Sequence record: SRR22947727_617
Strand: one strand, 5' to 3'
DNA length: 34,156 nucleotides
Below are positions 1 through 10,140 of the stretch, one piece after another. Both the position numbers and the translations under genes were made by a program. The notes under the pieces are model-generated. The model worked only from the letters and a program-made list of their open reading frames with translations. It made no database searches and was not told the origin of the DNA. Positions within the stretch are counted from its first letter, which is position 1. Each line of letters begins with the position of its first letter.

Positions 1-533
1 TGCAAATTTTAGATTTAGCTAAGGAATTTGATTATAAAGTAACAGCTTTTCACCATGCAGTTGAGGCATATAAAATAGGTGATATTTTGAAAGAAAATGA
101 CACATGTGCTGCTATGTGGGCAGATTGGTATGGCTTTAAAATGGAGTCCTATGATGGAATATTAGAAAACATACCATTTGTTCATGAATCTGGTGCATGC
201 GCTATGATACATTCAGATAGCGGCAGTGGTATTCAAAGATTAAATCAAGAAGTAGCTAAAACTTGGGCACACGGCAATAGAGCAGGTTTGAATATTAAAA
301 AAGAAGATGCCTGGAAGTGGCTAACATCTAATCCAGCTAGGGCGCTTGGCATACTTGATCAAACGGGGACACTTGAGAAAGATAAGAGAGCAGATATTAT
401 TATTTGGAATGAAGATCCTTTTTCAACCTATGCAAGACCGGAAAAAGTTTTTTTGGACGGCCAATTACTTTTTGACAAACAAAATAATATTGCTCCTAAA
501 AGTGACTTCCGCCTGGGTTATGGAGCTCAATAA
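1..533 (+). CDS. Amidohydrolase family protein (imidazolonepropionase-like), 3' part; gene starts upstream of the window
   Basis: Frame is open from position 3 (QILDLAKEFDYKVTAFHHAVEAYKIGDILKEN...), so the TTG at 87 is not the start. Motifs FHHAVEAYK, IHSDS, LTSNPARALG, GTLEKDKRADIIIW are typical of the amidohydrolase C-terminus. Confidence 0.85.
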   Translation, partial: QILDLAKEFDYKVTAFHHAVEAYKIGDILKENDTCAAMWADWYGFKMESYDGILENIPFVHESGACAMIHSDSGSGIQRLNQEVAKTWAHGNRAGLNIKKEDAWKWLTSNPARALGILDQTGTLEKDKRADIIIWNEDPFSTYARPEKVFLDGQLLFDKQNNIAPKSDFRLGYGAQ

Positions 534-1909
534 TGAAAAATATATTTATCTATATTCTACTTATATTTATGTTTTTATTTGATATAAATGTATTTGCAAA
601 AGACCTCCTGATTACAAATGCAAAATTGGTAATTGACTCAGAAACATTCAGAGAAAATATGCAAACAAATACTAAGCTTCCTATTGATTATGAGGCTAAT
701 ATTCATGAGAATATATCTATTTATCGCACTACCTATGGAAGAAAAGAACCAATAATTATCTTTTTTAAAGATTTAGATATTGATGAAATTAAATCTGAGC
801 TCGACGGTTTGGATTATAAAACATATGACGCTGAAGGAAAATGGGTAACCTCAGGTGTATTTGCTCCATTTTCTTATTTAGGTATGGCAGATATTGGAGG
901 AGAGGATTTAACCAATGACATTAGGTCTCCAGGATCTTTAACTTCTGTAAGTGAAAATGCGAGTGATAACTTCAATCCAAGTTCTGTTTTTATCGCTAAC
1001 AATAGAAGGCATGGAATTACTCATGCTGCCATTTCCTTAGCGGCTGCTGGAAATTCTATTTTTGCAGGAACAGGTTCAATAGTAAATTTAACAGGTAAAT
1101 ATAATTCTATAGTAAAAGAAACTGCTTTTGTATTAGTACAACTTGGTCAACAAGGAACACTCAACTCTGGTGGGTCTCGGGCCGCTTCTCTTTTACAATT
1201 AAGAAATGGCTTAGAAGTTGCAAATTGTAATATTAATACGGGTAGAAATTGTGAAAACTCACTTATAAGAGCAATATCTAATATTAATAATAATTCTGCT
1301 CTTTCTATTTATGAATCTGACAACCTTATACCTGTAATACGAGGTAACATTCCTCTTGTAATTTCAGTTGAAAGAGCAGTTGATATAATTAATGTGATTG
1401 AACTCAAAAACTCTTTCAGTAAGCTTGATATAATACTTCTAGGAGCTTCCGAAGCATGGAAAGTTGCAGATACTCTAGCAGAAAATAATATAAAGGTTAT
1501 GATTGATCCTCATAATAATCTACCCACAAGTTTTGAAACAGTAGACTCATCACTTAAAAATATTATAATATTGGATGAAGCTGAAGTTGATTATGCAATA
1601 ACGAATCTTTCTGCATTAGGGCTTCAAGGAGTTGGAACACTTACGCAACATGCAGGAAATGCAGTTGGTAATGGTTTGGACTGGAATAAATCATTTGCTG
1701 CAATAACATCTACACCGGCTCGTTGGTTCAATATTCCACTCATAAATAACTCATTAGTAATTTGGGATGGAGATCCGTTAAATATTACCTCAACACCTGT
1801 GCGCATGTTTATCAATGGTGAAGAGCAAAGTTTAACATCACGTCAGACACTATTACGTGATAGATATAACCCTAATACAAATAGTGATAAACTACACAAA
1901 TATCGCTAA
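533..1909 (+). CDS. Secreted amidohydrolase-fold protein, probably lacking the metal site
   Basis: Signal peptide ending VFA; LLITNAKL, YDAEGKWVTSG, AAITSTPARWF, LVIWDGDPL, SRQTLLRDRY; TAATG coupling to the upstream gene. Confidence 0.8.
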   Translation: MKNIFIYILLIFMFLFDINVFAKDLLITNAKLVIDSETFRENMQTNTKLPIDYEANIHENISIYRTTYGRKEPIIIFFKDLDIDEIKSELDGLDYKTYDAEGKWVTSGVFAPFSYLGMADIGGEDLTNDIRSPGSLTSVSENASDNFNPSSVFIANNRRHGITHAAISLAAAGNSIFAGTGSIVNLTGKYNSIVKETAFVLVQLGQQGTLNSGGSRAASLLQLRNGLEVANCNINTGRNCENSLIRAISNINNNSALSIYESDNLIPVIRGNIPLVISVERAVDIINVIELKNSFSKLDIILLGASEAWKVADTLAENNIKVMIDPHNNLPTSFETVDSSLKNIIILDEAEVDYAITNLSALGLQGVGTLTQHAGNAVGNGLDWNKSFAAITSTPARWFNIPLINNSLVIWDGDPLNITSTPVRMFINGEEQSLTSRQTLLRDRYNPNTNSDKLHKYR

Positions 1910-2637
1910 ATAATACATCCAGTTTCAGTCAATAAATCAATCATACGTCTTCTTTCTATTGGTAAGGTTTTATTTACTCCCCACTGGAGCCTTGTTTCTA
2001 AAAAAAATCCTGTAAGTTTTAACCCTAAACGTAGATCTTCAGGTGTAATTCCTTCATTAGCTATTAAGAATTTAGGTAATAATAATAACTTATCCGCGTA
2101 AGGTTCTGCTTCATTAGCGCTGACAGCTCTACCTGATCTGGGTGAAACATGAGTTAAATTTTCTTTAGAACCAGAAGCTGCACAGGAATTCAGATCAAGG
2201 CCATACCCCATTGCAGATAACAAGCCCAACTCCCACTTAATATATAATGCCGGCCAAATTTCATGAAAAGTTATATTTTTTAGTACAACTTCAAAGGCTT
2301 GATAAACATTGAGATGGACTTCACGTTCAGGTAAACTTTCTCGTGCAATCCCGCATAAAGAATTTAAGGCCGCCAAAGATAGCCTATCTTCCATTATTTC
2401 TGCCGCATTATATTCTAATGGCTCTACTAAAAAAACACCTAAATGCTCTGATAGTCTAGCACTCCAATCGATTTTTACTTTATTTCCTGGTTGTAAGACT
2501 GGTCGAAATTTACGGCTAATGCCACCTCTAACAAGACCTAAATGACGACCATAATCTGGAGTTAAAACATCGATTATAGCCGCGGTTTCTCCGTGCTTTC
2601 GCGCAGATAAAATGTAACCTTCAGAGCTCCAATTCAT
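1906..2637 (-). CDS. recO: DNA repair protein RecO
   Basis: MNWSSEGYILSARKHGE, LQPGN, GYGLDL..CAASG, VSPRSGRAVS; last gene of rnc-era-recO. Confidence 0.96.
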   Translation of the reverse strand: MNWSSEGYILSARKHGETAAIIDVLTPDYGRHLGLVRGGISRKFRPVLQPGNKVKIDWSARLSEHLGVFLVEPLEYNAAEIMEDRLSLAALNSLCGIARESLPEREVHLNVYQAFEVVLKNITFHEIWPALYIKWELGLLSAMGYGLDLNSCAASGSKENLTHVSPRSGRAVSANEAEPYADKLLLLPKFLIANEGITPEDLRLGLKLTGFFLETRLQWGVNKTLPIERRRMIDLLTETGCII

Positions 2638-3608
2638 TACGCATCGTACTCTAATCCAGTTTGCAAGTAATGAGACTTATCATTTTGCCAGTTATCCCTT
2701 ACCTTAACAAAAAGGAAGAGATGAACTTTTTTACCCAGCCAGTCTTGCATATCATTCCGAGCGCTAGCGCCTATCGATTTAATAGTTTGACCACCCTTCC
2801 CTAAAACAATAGGTTTTTGACTGTCTCTACGAACATATATGACTTGATCAATTCTTATATCACCATTTTTTTGGTTTTTCCAACTCTCTGTTTCAACGGT
2901 GGATGCATATGGTAGTTCATCGTGAAGTCTCAGGAAAATTTTCTCACGTGTTATTTCAGCTGCCATCAGTCGCGATGGTATATCGGCAGCTTGATCAACC
3001 GGGTATAAAAATGGTGAAATAGGCATCAGATCTGCTACGTATTCTGAAAGCTTTTTTATGCCATCCATATTCAAGGCCGATACTATAAAAATTTCATTAT
3101 AAATATTTAAAAGTCTGAATTTCTCTATCAATGAAAGGGTAAGATCGTGTGCTAACTCATCAATTTTATTTAAAATTAAAAATATTTTTTTATTTTGTAT
3201 TCTTTTAAGCCCATTCGAAACCCTTATTGTATCATCGACAGATAAACGATCTTGCGATGTCCCATCATTCATTAAACATCGATGATAAGCAGGTGCGTCA
3301 ACAACATGTAATATAACTTCAGAATCATTAACTCCTGTCCAAGCTGCATGAACCATTGATTTCGACAACCGATCTGATTCTTTGTGTGAAAAAATTCCAG
3401 GCGTATCTACTAAAACTATTTGAGCCTGTGAACCATCGCTTCCTGTAAGCATCGCTATTCCACGTATTTGAAATCGTGTTGTTTGAACCTTATGTGTAAC
3501 AATTGAAACTTTCTCTCCTACAAGGGCATTAGTTAATGTTGATTTTCCAGCATTAGGAGCTCCGATAACAGCGGCAAACCCTGATCTATTCTGCATCTTT
3601 TTTTTCAT
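2637..3608 (-). CDS. era: GTPase Era
   Basis: G1 GAPNAGKS, VQTTR, DTPG, NKID, KH domain VLGKGG. Start at 3608 gives an ATGA overlap with the rnc stop; 3617 is an alternative start. Confidence 0.97.
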   Translation of the reverse strand: MKKKMQNRSGFAAVIGAPNAGKSTLTNALVGEKVSIVTHKVQTTRFQIRGIAMLTGSDGSQAQIVLVDTPGIFSHKESDRLSKSMVHAAWTGVNDSEVILHVVDAPAYHRCLMNDGTSQDRLSVDDTIRVSNGLKRIQNKKIFLILNKIDELAHDLTLSLIEKFRLLNIYNEIFIVSALNMDGIKKLSEYVADLMPISPFLYPVDQAADIPSRLMAAEITREKIFLRLHDELPYASTVETESWKNQKNGDIRIDQVIYVRRDSQKPIVLGKGGQTIKSIGASARNDMQDWLGKKVHLFLFVKVRDNWQNDKSHYLQTGLEYDA

Positions 3609-4291
3609 GACTTCCATTTTTTTAATAGATTTATTGCAGCGGCTAGTTCTGCTTCTTTTTTAGAACGCCCTTTTCCAATTGCGGTCCCTTGGCCTATAAC
3701 TTCAACTTCTATTTCAAAAAGAGGTTTATGATCAGGTCCCGTTTTTTTTAATAATATATACTTAGGTAATTCTTTATTTATAGATGCAACTTTTTCTTGT
3801 AATGTCGTTTTTGGGTCTTTTATTGCGCTACTTTTTGACACAAAAAGATTAGACCACTCTCTTTCATAAAAATTTTTTGCTGGTGTAAGGCCACCATCTA
3901 GATAGATAGCCGCTATAATCGCTTCACATACATCACCAAGTAAAGAGACATTACTTCTTCCTCCCTCCTTATCAAGAGCTGGAGAAATTAGTAATAAAGA
4001 CCCAATATCTAGTCTTTTTGAAACTATAGCGCATGCTTCTTTTCTTACCATGGAGTTTAACCTTACAGCCATTTCACCCTCATTAGTATCTGTAGTATTA
4101 TAAAGTTTCTCTGCTGTTAATAATCCTAAAATTCTATCACCTAAAAACTCTAATCTTTCGTAATTTACTATTGAACGCCTTCCTGATCCATAAGAACTAT
4201 GAGTAATCGAACGGAGAGCTAACTCTTTATCATTAAAAATATACCCAATTTTATCTTCTAATCTACTTATATGCCGTTCGTTTAAGCTCAT
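3605..4291 (-). CDS. rnc: Ribonuclease III
   Basis: Signature NYERLEFLGDRILGL, GDVCEAIIAAIYLDGG, dsRBD DPKTTLQE...GPDHKP...SKKEAE. Confidence 0.98.
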   Translation of the reverse strand: MSLNERHISRLEDKIGYIFNDKELALRSITHSSYGSGRRSIVNYERLEFLGDRILGLLTAEKLYNTTDTNEGEMAVRLNSMVRKEACAIVSKRLDIGSLLLISPALDKEGGRSNVSLLGDVCEAIIAAIYLDGGLTPAKNFYEREWSNLFVSKSSAIKDPKTTLQEKVASINKELPKYILLKKTGPDHKPLFEIEVEVIGQGTAIGKGRSKKEAELAAAINLLKKWKS

Positions 4292-5043
4292 ACTATAACT
4301 TTAAAAAAACGGTTTAATCTAAAATTAAACCAAGTCCATGGCTTCAGCAATGAGAACTTATTATTTACTGAAAACATTATCAATGATGCTTTACTTACGA
4401 TATTCTCAGCAGGCACAAAACCAGCTCCGCCATTAATTACGGATACTCGGCTATCAGATGAATTGTCACGATTATCACCCATAACAAAGTAATGCCCAGC
4501 AGGAACAGTGTACAAGTATGTCTCATCTAGTCTTCCGTTTTCAATTGTATTATAAATCTCGTAATGTTTATCAAAATTAAATGACTCACTCCACTTTTCA
4601 GCTAATAATTCTTCTCCAGATGTATTAACTAAAGTTTCAGTTGCAATAAACTTTGAAATAGCTTTTTTACTATTAACAACTGGCTTGCCTTTAACAATTT
4701 GTATCTGTTCTCCTGGCAAAGCTAATACTCGTTTGATAAAATTTTTATTATCTCCTTCAGGAATAAAAACTATAACGTCACCGCGGTTTATTTTTCTTTC
4801 AAATAATCTTCTATTTTTTACTGGAAATGGGAGTGGAGATGCAGCGTATTTTCCATAACCAACAGAGATTTTAGAAGTAATTATATAATCTCCTTTCATC
4901 AAACCAGGAAGCATAGAGCTTGAAGGAATATGAAAAGGCTGGAAAATAAAAGTTCTAATGACGAAAGCAATTAATAATGCCCATACAATAGTACTAAAAA
5001 ACTCCTTTATAGAGTTTTTCTTCTTAATAAGGTTGTCTTTCAC
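4288..5043 (-). CDS. lepB: Signal peptidase I
   Basis: N-terminal TM, catalytic Ser box IPSSSMLP, Lys box FIKRV, MGDNRDNSSDSR; GTG start. Confidence 0.96.
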   Translation of the reverse strand: MKDNLIKKKNSIKEFFSTIVWALLIAFVIRTFIFQPFHIPSSSMLPGLMKGDYIITSKISVGYGKYAASPLPFPVKNRRLFERKINRGDVIVFIPEGDNKNFIKRVLALPGEQIQIVKGKPVVNSKKAISKFIATETLVNTSGEELLAEKWSESFNFDKHYEIYNTIENGRLDETYLYTVPAGHYFVMGDNRDNSSDSRVSVINGGAGFVPAENIVSKASLIMFSVNNKFSLLKPWTWFNFRLNRFFKVIV

Positions 5044-5046
5044 AAC

Positions 5047-5445
5047 TTATATCTTTCTAGACTCGATGATTGCGTATGCAATCGCATATGGGTAATCATC
5101 TGATAATGTTAAATGTACGAATGAATTACTATCACCTGGAGTTTTAGCTTTTAGTCGTTCCAAAGCTCCACGATGGAGAATTGCTTGTGGCCTACCTGAA
5201 GGGTCATTATGCACTTCGACATCTAACCACGATAAAGCACCAGATGATGAAGTAGCTAATGCTTTAGCAACAGCCTCTTTAGCAGCAAAACGTTTAGCAA
5301 AAAAAGATGCACTAGCAGATTTACTCTTACAGTACTCTTGTTCATGAAGAGTAAAAGTCTTATCGATAAATTTTTGACCAAATTTATTAATAGAGCTTTC
5401 TATCCTACTTATATCGCATATATCAGTTCCAATTCCAATAATCAT
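5047..5445 (-). CDS. acpS: Holo-ACP synthase
   Basis: MIIGIGTDI, AKRFAAKEAVAKAL, GRP, HLTLSDD; between pdxJ and lepB. Confidence 0.97.
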   Translation of the reverse strand: MIIGIGTDICDISRIESSINKFGQKFIDKTFTLHEQEYCKSKSASASFFAKRFAAKEAVAKALATSSSGALSWLDVEVHNDPSGRPQAILHRGALERLKAKTPGDSNSFVHLTLSDDYPYAIAYAIIESRKI

Positions 5446-6203
5446 ATCTTTACCCGTGAATCTTCAACTAATGTTCGCATTCTATTAATTGACTGTCCTA
5501 AACCACTAAATATAGATTCGCCAATTATAAAGTGCCCAATATTTAATTCAGCACATTGAGGAATAGCGGCTATCATTTCAACATTATCATAATTTAGTCC
5601 ATGACCAAAATGAACTTCTAAACCAAGTTTATTAGCTACTTTAGCTGATTTTTTAAAGTTCAGGATTAATTGATTGGCAAGTGAAATTTCACCATCGTCT
5701 AGTGCTTTTGCATAAGACCCAGTATGAAACTCAACAACCTTAGCCTCGGTTTGGCTAGCAGCATTTATTTGCTCATATTTTGCTTCTATGAATAGTGATA
5801 CCCTTGATCCGTTATTATTTAGCTCATTAATTATAGGCTTTAGAACATTATGCTTAGCTTTAACATCAAGACCTCCTTCAGTAGTACGCTCTTGTCTTCG
5901 TTCAGGGACTATACAGATAGCTTTAGGTTTAAGTGCTAAAGCTATATTTAGCATTTCTTGGGTTGCAGCCATTTCCATATTCAAAGGAATATTTTCTGAT
6001 TTACAAAGCATTTGTAGACGATTTAAATCATCATCATTTATATGACGCCTGTCCTCCCGTAAGTGAGCTGTAATACCATCTGCACCTGCCTTAATAGCCT
6101 CCCAAGCTCCTGCTACAGGATCCGGATGTATTCCTCCGCGAGCATTACGAATAGTGGCTATGTGGTCAATATTAACTCCTAGACGGACATAATTAGATGG
6201 CAT
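5442..6203 (-). CDS. pdxJ: Pyridoxine 5'-phosphate synthase
   Basis: LGVNIDHIATIRNARG, HLREDRRHI, VPERRQERTTEGG, GHGLNY, ELNIGH. Confidence 0.98.
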   Translation of the reverse strand: MPSNYVRLGVNIDHIATIRNARGGIHPDPVAGAWEAIKAGADGITAHLREDRRHINDDDLNRLQMLCKSENIPLNMEMAATQEMLNIALALKPKAICIVPERRQERTTEGGLDVKAKHNVLKPIINELNNNGSRVSLFIEAKYEQINAASQTEAKVVEFHTGSYAKALDDGEISLANQLILNFKKSAKVANKLGLEVHFGHGLNYDNVEMIAAIPQCAELNIGHFIIGESIFSGLGQSINRMRTLVEDSRVKI

Positions 6204-6787
6204 TATAGCAAACCTCTACTTCCAGGTTTTACAGCTGGTATTTTCAAAAGTTTTTCAGGTAAATCATTTTGATCATAATCAGGGAATTTTCGTGCTGCTA
6301 AACTGATTAACGGAACACCTATATTAGCTTCACCATTTGACCGATCAAACAAGCAAGCTCCCGCAACAACTGAAGCCCCTGTTTTATTAATAGAGTTTAT
6401 GCATTCACGGGACGATAATCCAGTGGTTACGATATCTTCAACCATTAATACTTTCTGGCCTTTTTGAAGATTAAAACCTCTACGTAACTTGAACTCGCCT
6501 TCTTCACGTTCAGCAAAAATTGATTCCAAGCCCATATGCCTAGCTGTCTCATAACCTGGAATAACACCACCCATAGCTGGCGCTACTATAATATCAGGTT
6601 TAAAGTTAAGAGATTTAGTAATTTTATTTGCAAGTGCTCCACATAGTTTAGAAGTTAAGACTGGATTTTTAAAAATGAGAGCTTTTTGTAAAAATATTGA
6701 GCTTCTACGACCTGAAGATAAAATAAAGTGCCCCTCTAATAAAGCACCAGCTTCACGGAAAATATTTAGTACTTCATCTGTATTCAT
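6203..6787 (-). CDS. pyrE: Orotate phosphoribosyltransferase
   Basis: GHFILSSGRRS, APAMGG, PRPP motif VEDIVTTG, C-terminal KPGSR. Confidence 0.96.
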   Translation of the reverse strand: MNTDEVLNIFREAGALLEGHFILSSGRRSSIFLQKALIFKNPVLTSKLCGALANKITKSLNFKPDIIVAPAMGGVIPGYETARHMGLESIFAEREEGEFKLRRGFNLQKGQKVLMVEDIVTTGLSSRECINSINKTGASVVAGACLFDRSNGEANIGVPLISLAARKFPDYDQNDLPEKLLKIPAVKPGSRGLL

Positions 6788-9033
6788 AATTTTTTTTCAT
6801 TTATATTTAAGGTGTCTGATCTTGTGCGATCTGCAGATACCACATAAGCGCTTGCACGCATAGCTGCAACTATTTGTAAAAGATGTCTATTATCAGAAAC
6901 TTCTATATCAATAACCATATCAAAAAATGACTGGCTTCTCACTAAAGTCTTAATATTAGTTACATTACCGCCGGCTTCACCGACTATCTTAGTCACGTCG
7001 GCTAAAGAACCTGGTACATGCTCAAGTGTTGCAGTAATTCGTCCTGTTGATGCTGCCTGCAAAGCAGCCCTTCGCCATCCTAAATCCATCCATTTTTCTT
7101 GATGAGATTCAAGTTTTTCTAATACATCACAATCAATAGTATGTATATCAACACCCCTTCCCTCAGACTGATAACCAACTATTCTATCTCCTTGTATCGG
7201 AAAACAACATTTGGAAAGATGAATAGAAACTCCAGAACGCAAACCTTCACCTTTAACATATAGTTTTACTGTATTATCATTTATTAAATCTCTACTAATA
7301 ACAGTTTCTGTAGGTCCTGATGATTTACGTGATGGAAATACTGAATTCATAAAATCTTGAATAGAGAGTTTTCCTCGACCTAACATTTCGTAAAGATCCG
7401 CAATTGATGAATAATTAAGACGTTTCATTGCATCAACTAATGAACTTTCACTAAAGTCTTTATCTTCCCTAGAGAATGCGTGATCAGCTAACATCTGACC
7501 AATCCGTCTAAATTCCTCTAATTCACCTATCCTTGTTAAACGACGCAAGGCAGATCTTGCCTTGCCAGTTACAACCATATTTTCCCAATCCTGTTGAGCT
7601 TCAGGTTGACCGCCACGAATAATTTTGACGGAGTCCCCATTTTTCAATCTACTACGTAATGGCACTTCTCTACCATTAATAACTGCGCCTATGCAGGTAT
7701 CACCAACCTTAGTATGAACTGCATATGCAAAATCTAATGGAGTTGCACCACGCGGCAAAGAGATCAAGTCCCCTTTAGGGGTAAAAGTGAAAACCTGATC
7801 AGAAAACATTTCTAATTTAGCATGCTCGAGAAACTCATCGGCGTCTCCACTCTGTTCCATCATTTCAACCAAAGGCCTAATTCTTCTTAAAGGATCACCA
7901 CCACTTGCCTCGGCACTATCAGGATCATAAGCATAACTATTGTTCTTGTATGCCCAATGTGCTGCAACACCGCGTTCTGCTACATCTTCCATACGTTCTG
8001 TTCTTATTTGTATTTCGACTCTTCTGTTATTTTCAGATAAAATTGTCGTTTGAATGGATTGATAACCATTTGGTTTCGGTACAGATATATAATCCCTAAA
8101 CCTAGCTGGTACGCATCTGTATTTTTGATGTAAAAGTCCTAAAATACGATAACACTCGTTAACATCATTAACAATAATACGAAAAGCAAATATATCAGCG
8201 ACATCATCAAAACTAATGCTTTGTTTTTCTAATTTTCTCCATATTGCGTAAGCCCTCTTCTCTCTACCATATAACCTTCCATCAACTTTATTAGCTTGCA
8301 TAAAGCCTCTCAAGCCAATAGACAGCTGGGATATTGCTTCTTTTTGTTCAGATCGCCATGATTTTAACCGGTTAGTTATACTTTCATATGCAGATATATT
8401 AATATGCATAAAAGATAAATCTTCTAGTTCAGAGCATATTCTATCAACACCTACTCTTCTTGCTAAAGGCGCATATATTTCCAATGTTTCTCTTGCAATA
8501 CGCTCTCTTGATTCAGCTTTTGGGTGGTAATTAAGTGTTCGCATATTATGCAAACGGTCACACATTTTAACAAGTAAAACTCTAACATCTCGACTTATTG
8601 CTAAAACAAATTTTTGAAAGTTTTCGGCTTGAACTCTTTCTTTTGTTGCATTAGCTGACAACTCAACACTACCCAGTTTAGTAACGCCTTTAACTAGCTC
8701 AGCTATTTCTGGTGTAAACTCATTAGAAAGCTCCTCAAAAGTAACTTCTGTATCCTCTAAAACATCATGCAATAAGGCTGTACAAATACTCGCTACATCC
8801 AGATGTAAGCTAGCTAAGATACCGGCAACTTCTATGGGGTGTGCATAATAAGGATCCCCAGAATGCCTCATCTGAGTACCATGTGCTTTAACAGAAAATA
8901 TATATGCTTTATTTAGTAAGGATTCATCCACCGATGGATCATAAGCCCTTACCTTATCAACTAACTCATATTGCCTTAGATAAGTCTGACCTTTTTTTGG
9001 CATTGCGGCCGTTGTCTTGGAAATTCTACCCAT
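6784..9033 (-). CDS. spoT: Bifunctional (p)ppGpp synthetase/hydrolase (long RSH)
   Basis: RHSGDPYYAHP, HD motif LLHDVLEDT, DRLHNMRTL, PKPNGYQS, EIQIRT, TGS DFAYAVHT, C-terminal ACT; downstream of rpoZ. Confidence 0.97.
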   Translation of the reverse strand: MGRISKTTAAMPKKGQTYLRQYELVDKVRAYDPSVDESLLNKAYIFSVKAHGTQMRHSGDPYYAHPIEVAGILASLHLDVASICTALLHDVLEDTEVTFEELSNEFTPEIAELVKGVTKLGSVELSANATKERVQAENFQKFVLAISRDVRVLLVKMCDRLHNMRTLNYHPKAESRERIARETLEIYAPLARRVGVDRICSELEDLSFMHINISAYESITNRLKSWRSEQKEAISQLSIGLRGFMQANKVDGRLYGREKRAYAIWRKLEKQSISFDDVADIFAFRIIVNDVNECYRILGLLHQKYRCVPARFRDYISVPKPNGYQSIQTTILSENNRRVEIQIRTERMEDVAERGVAAHWAYKNNSYAYDPDSAEASGGDPLRRIRPLVEMMEQSGDADEFLEHAKLEMFSDQVFTFTPKGDLISLPRGATPLDFAYAVHTKVGDTCIGAVINGREVPLRSRLKNGDSVKIIRGGQPEAQQDWENMVVTGKARSALRRLTRIGELEEFRRIGQMLADHAFSREDKDFSESSLVDAMKRLNYSSIADLYEMLGRGKLSIQDFMNSVFPSRKSSGPTETVISRDLINDNTVKLYVKGEGLRSGVSIHLSKCCFPIQGDRIVGYQSEGRGVDIHTIDCDVLEKLESHQEKWMDLGWRRAALQAASTGRITATLEHVPGSLADVTKIVGEAGGNVTNIKTLVRSQSFFDMVIDIEVSDNRHLLQIVAAMRASAYVVSADRTRSDTLNINEKKL

Positions 9034-9098
9034 CCTCTAATTATAGGCCTTTAATTTACAACGGCTAGATAAAACTTTTATTTATTTTAAGATACGAT

Positions 9099-9470
9099 TT
9101 AGAAACGACTAGAGTTATCGTTATCTTTGTCACTTTGTAGGGCTCTTAATAAATCATTTTCATCCATTTCAGCCTGAGGGTTAGGCTCACCATGCTCCAA
9201 AGCCAATAATGGCTCATTTTCATCGTCGGGCATGTCGTCATCGGTTATAACTCTTTGCAGATTAGCAACAAGACTTTCTCGTAAGTCATCAAGATTAAGT
9301 GTTTTTTCAGCTAGCTCCCTTAGCGAAACAACAGGAGTTTTATCATTGTCTCTATCAACAGTAAGTTCAGCTCCAGCAGAAATATTTCGTGAACGGTGGG
9401 CAGCTAATAATACCAGATCAAATCTATTAGGTACTTTTTCTACGCAATCTTCAACTGTAACACGTGCCAT
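9099..9470 (-). CDS. rpoZ: RNA polymerase omega subunit
   Basis: [40 protein letters not shown]-like GGAGAA just upstream of the ATG at 9470. Confidence 0.98.
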   Translation of the reverse strand: MARVTVEDCVEKVPNRFDLVLLAAHRSRNISAGAELTVDRDNDKTPVVSLRELAEKTLNLDDLRESLVANLQRVITDDDMPDDENEPLLALEHGEPNPQAEMDENDLLRALQSDKDNDNSSRF

Positions 9471-9513
9471 GAAATTCTCCATTCGAACCATTAATTAAAC
9501 AAATCGAAAAGTT

Positions 9514-9542
9514 GCTATAATTAATAGAAATGAATCATGCAA
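9514..9542 (-). promoter_or_regulatory. Putative sigma70 promoter of the rpoZ-spoT operon
   Basis: Minus strand reads TTGCAT-17 nt-TATAGC, with a GANTC site (9532-9536) directly after the -35 hexamer. Confidence 0.5.
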
Positions 9543-9558
9543 GCAAACAATTACAATG

Positions 9559-10119
9559 CTATAAATTATTTCGTTTAATTTTTAATTTTGTAAAATCAGC
9601 GCTTTTTGAATGAAGTGGACCAATAGATATAGTATTATGAAAATCCGTTTTTGATAACTTATCTATTAGTTCATCTATTGATAGTCTCGAAACCGGGTCT
9701 ACCCACGATGATGCTATTTCTTTCAAGGGCAAAAGTACAAATGCACGATTTTGCATCCGCGGATGAGGTAGAATTAACCCTTGCTCGTATTCAACATGTT
9801 TTGAATGAAAATCTAAAATATCCAAGTCAATAGAACGAGATTCATTTTTTATTCTACGTTTTCGACCAAACTTATCTTCAATAGAATGGAGTATATTCAA
9901 AAGTGATATATCAGTACCTTTATAGAAGATTTCAGCGCATGCATTTGTGTAATCAGGCTGATCTGATCCCTCAGGCCATGCAGGGCTAACCCATAAGTTT
10001 GAAAACTTAATAATTTCTATATTATTTTTCCTTAGCTCTTTAATAGCTGATTTAAATGTTACTTTCGGATTGTGTAAGTTTGCTCCAAAAGCTATGTATA
10101 TTTTTTTACTTTTTAACAT
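9559..10119 (-). CDS. folK: 2-amino-4-hydroxy-6-hydroxymethyldihydropteridine pyrophosphokinase
   Basis: YIAFGANL, QPDYTNAC, RSIDLDIL, LPHPRMQNRAFVLLPL. Confidence 0.95.
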   Translation of the reverse strand: MLKSKKIYIAFGANLHNPKVTFKSAIKELRKNNIEIIKFSNLWVSPAWPEGSDQPDYTNACAEIFYKGTDISLLNILHSIEDKFGRKRRIKNESRSIDLDILDFHSKHVEYEQGLILPHPRMQNRAFVLLPLKEIASSWVDPVSRLSIDELIDKLSKTDFHNTISIGPLHSKSADFTKLKIKRNNL

Positions 10120-10140
10120 ATGATTATTTCTGGTGTAACA

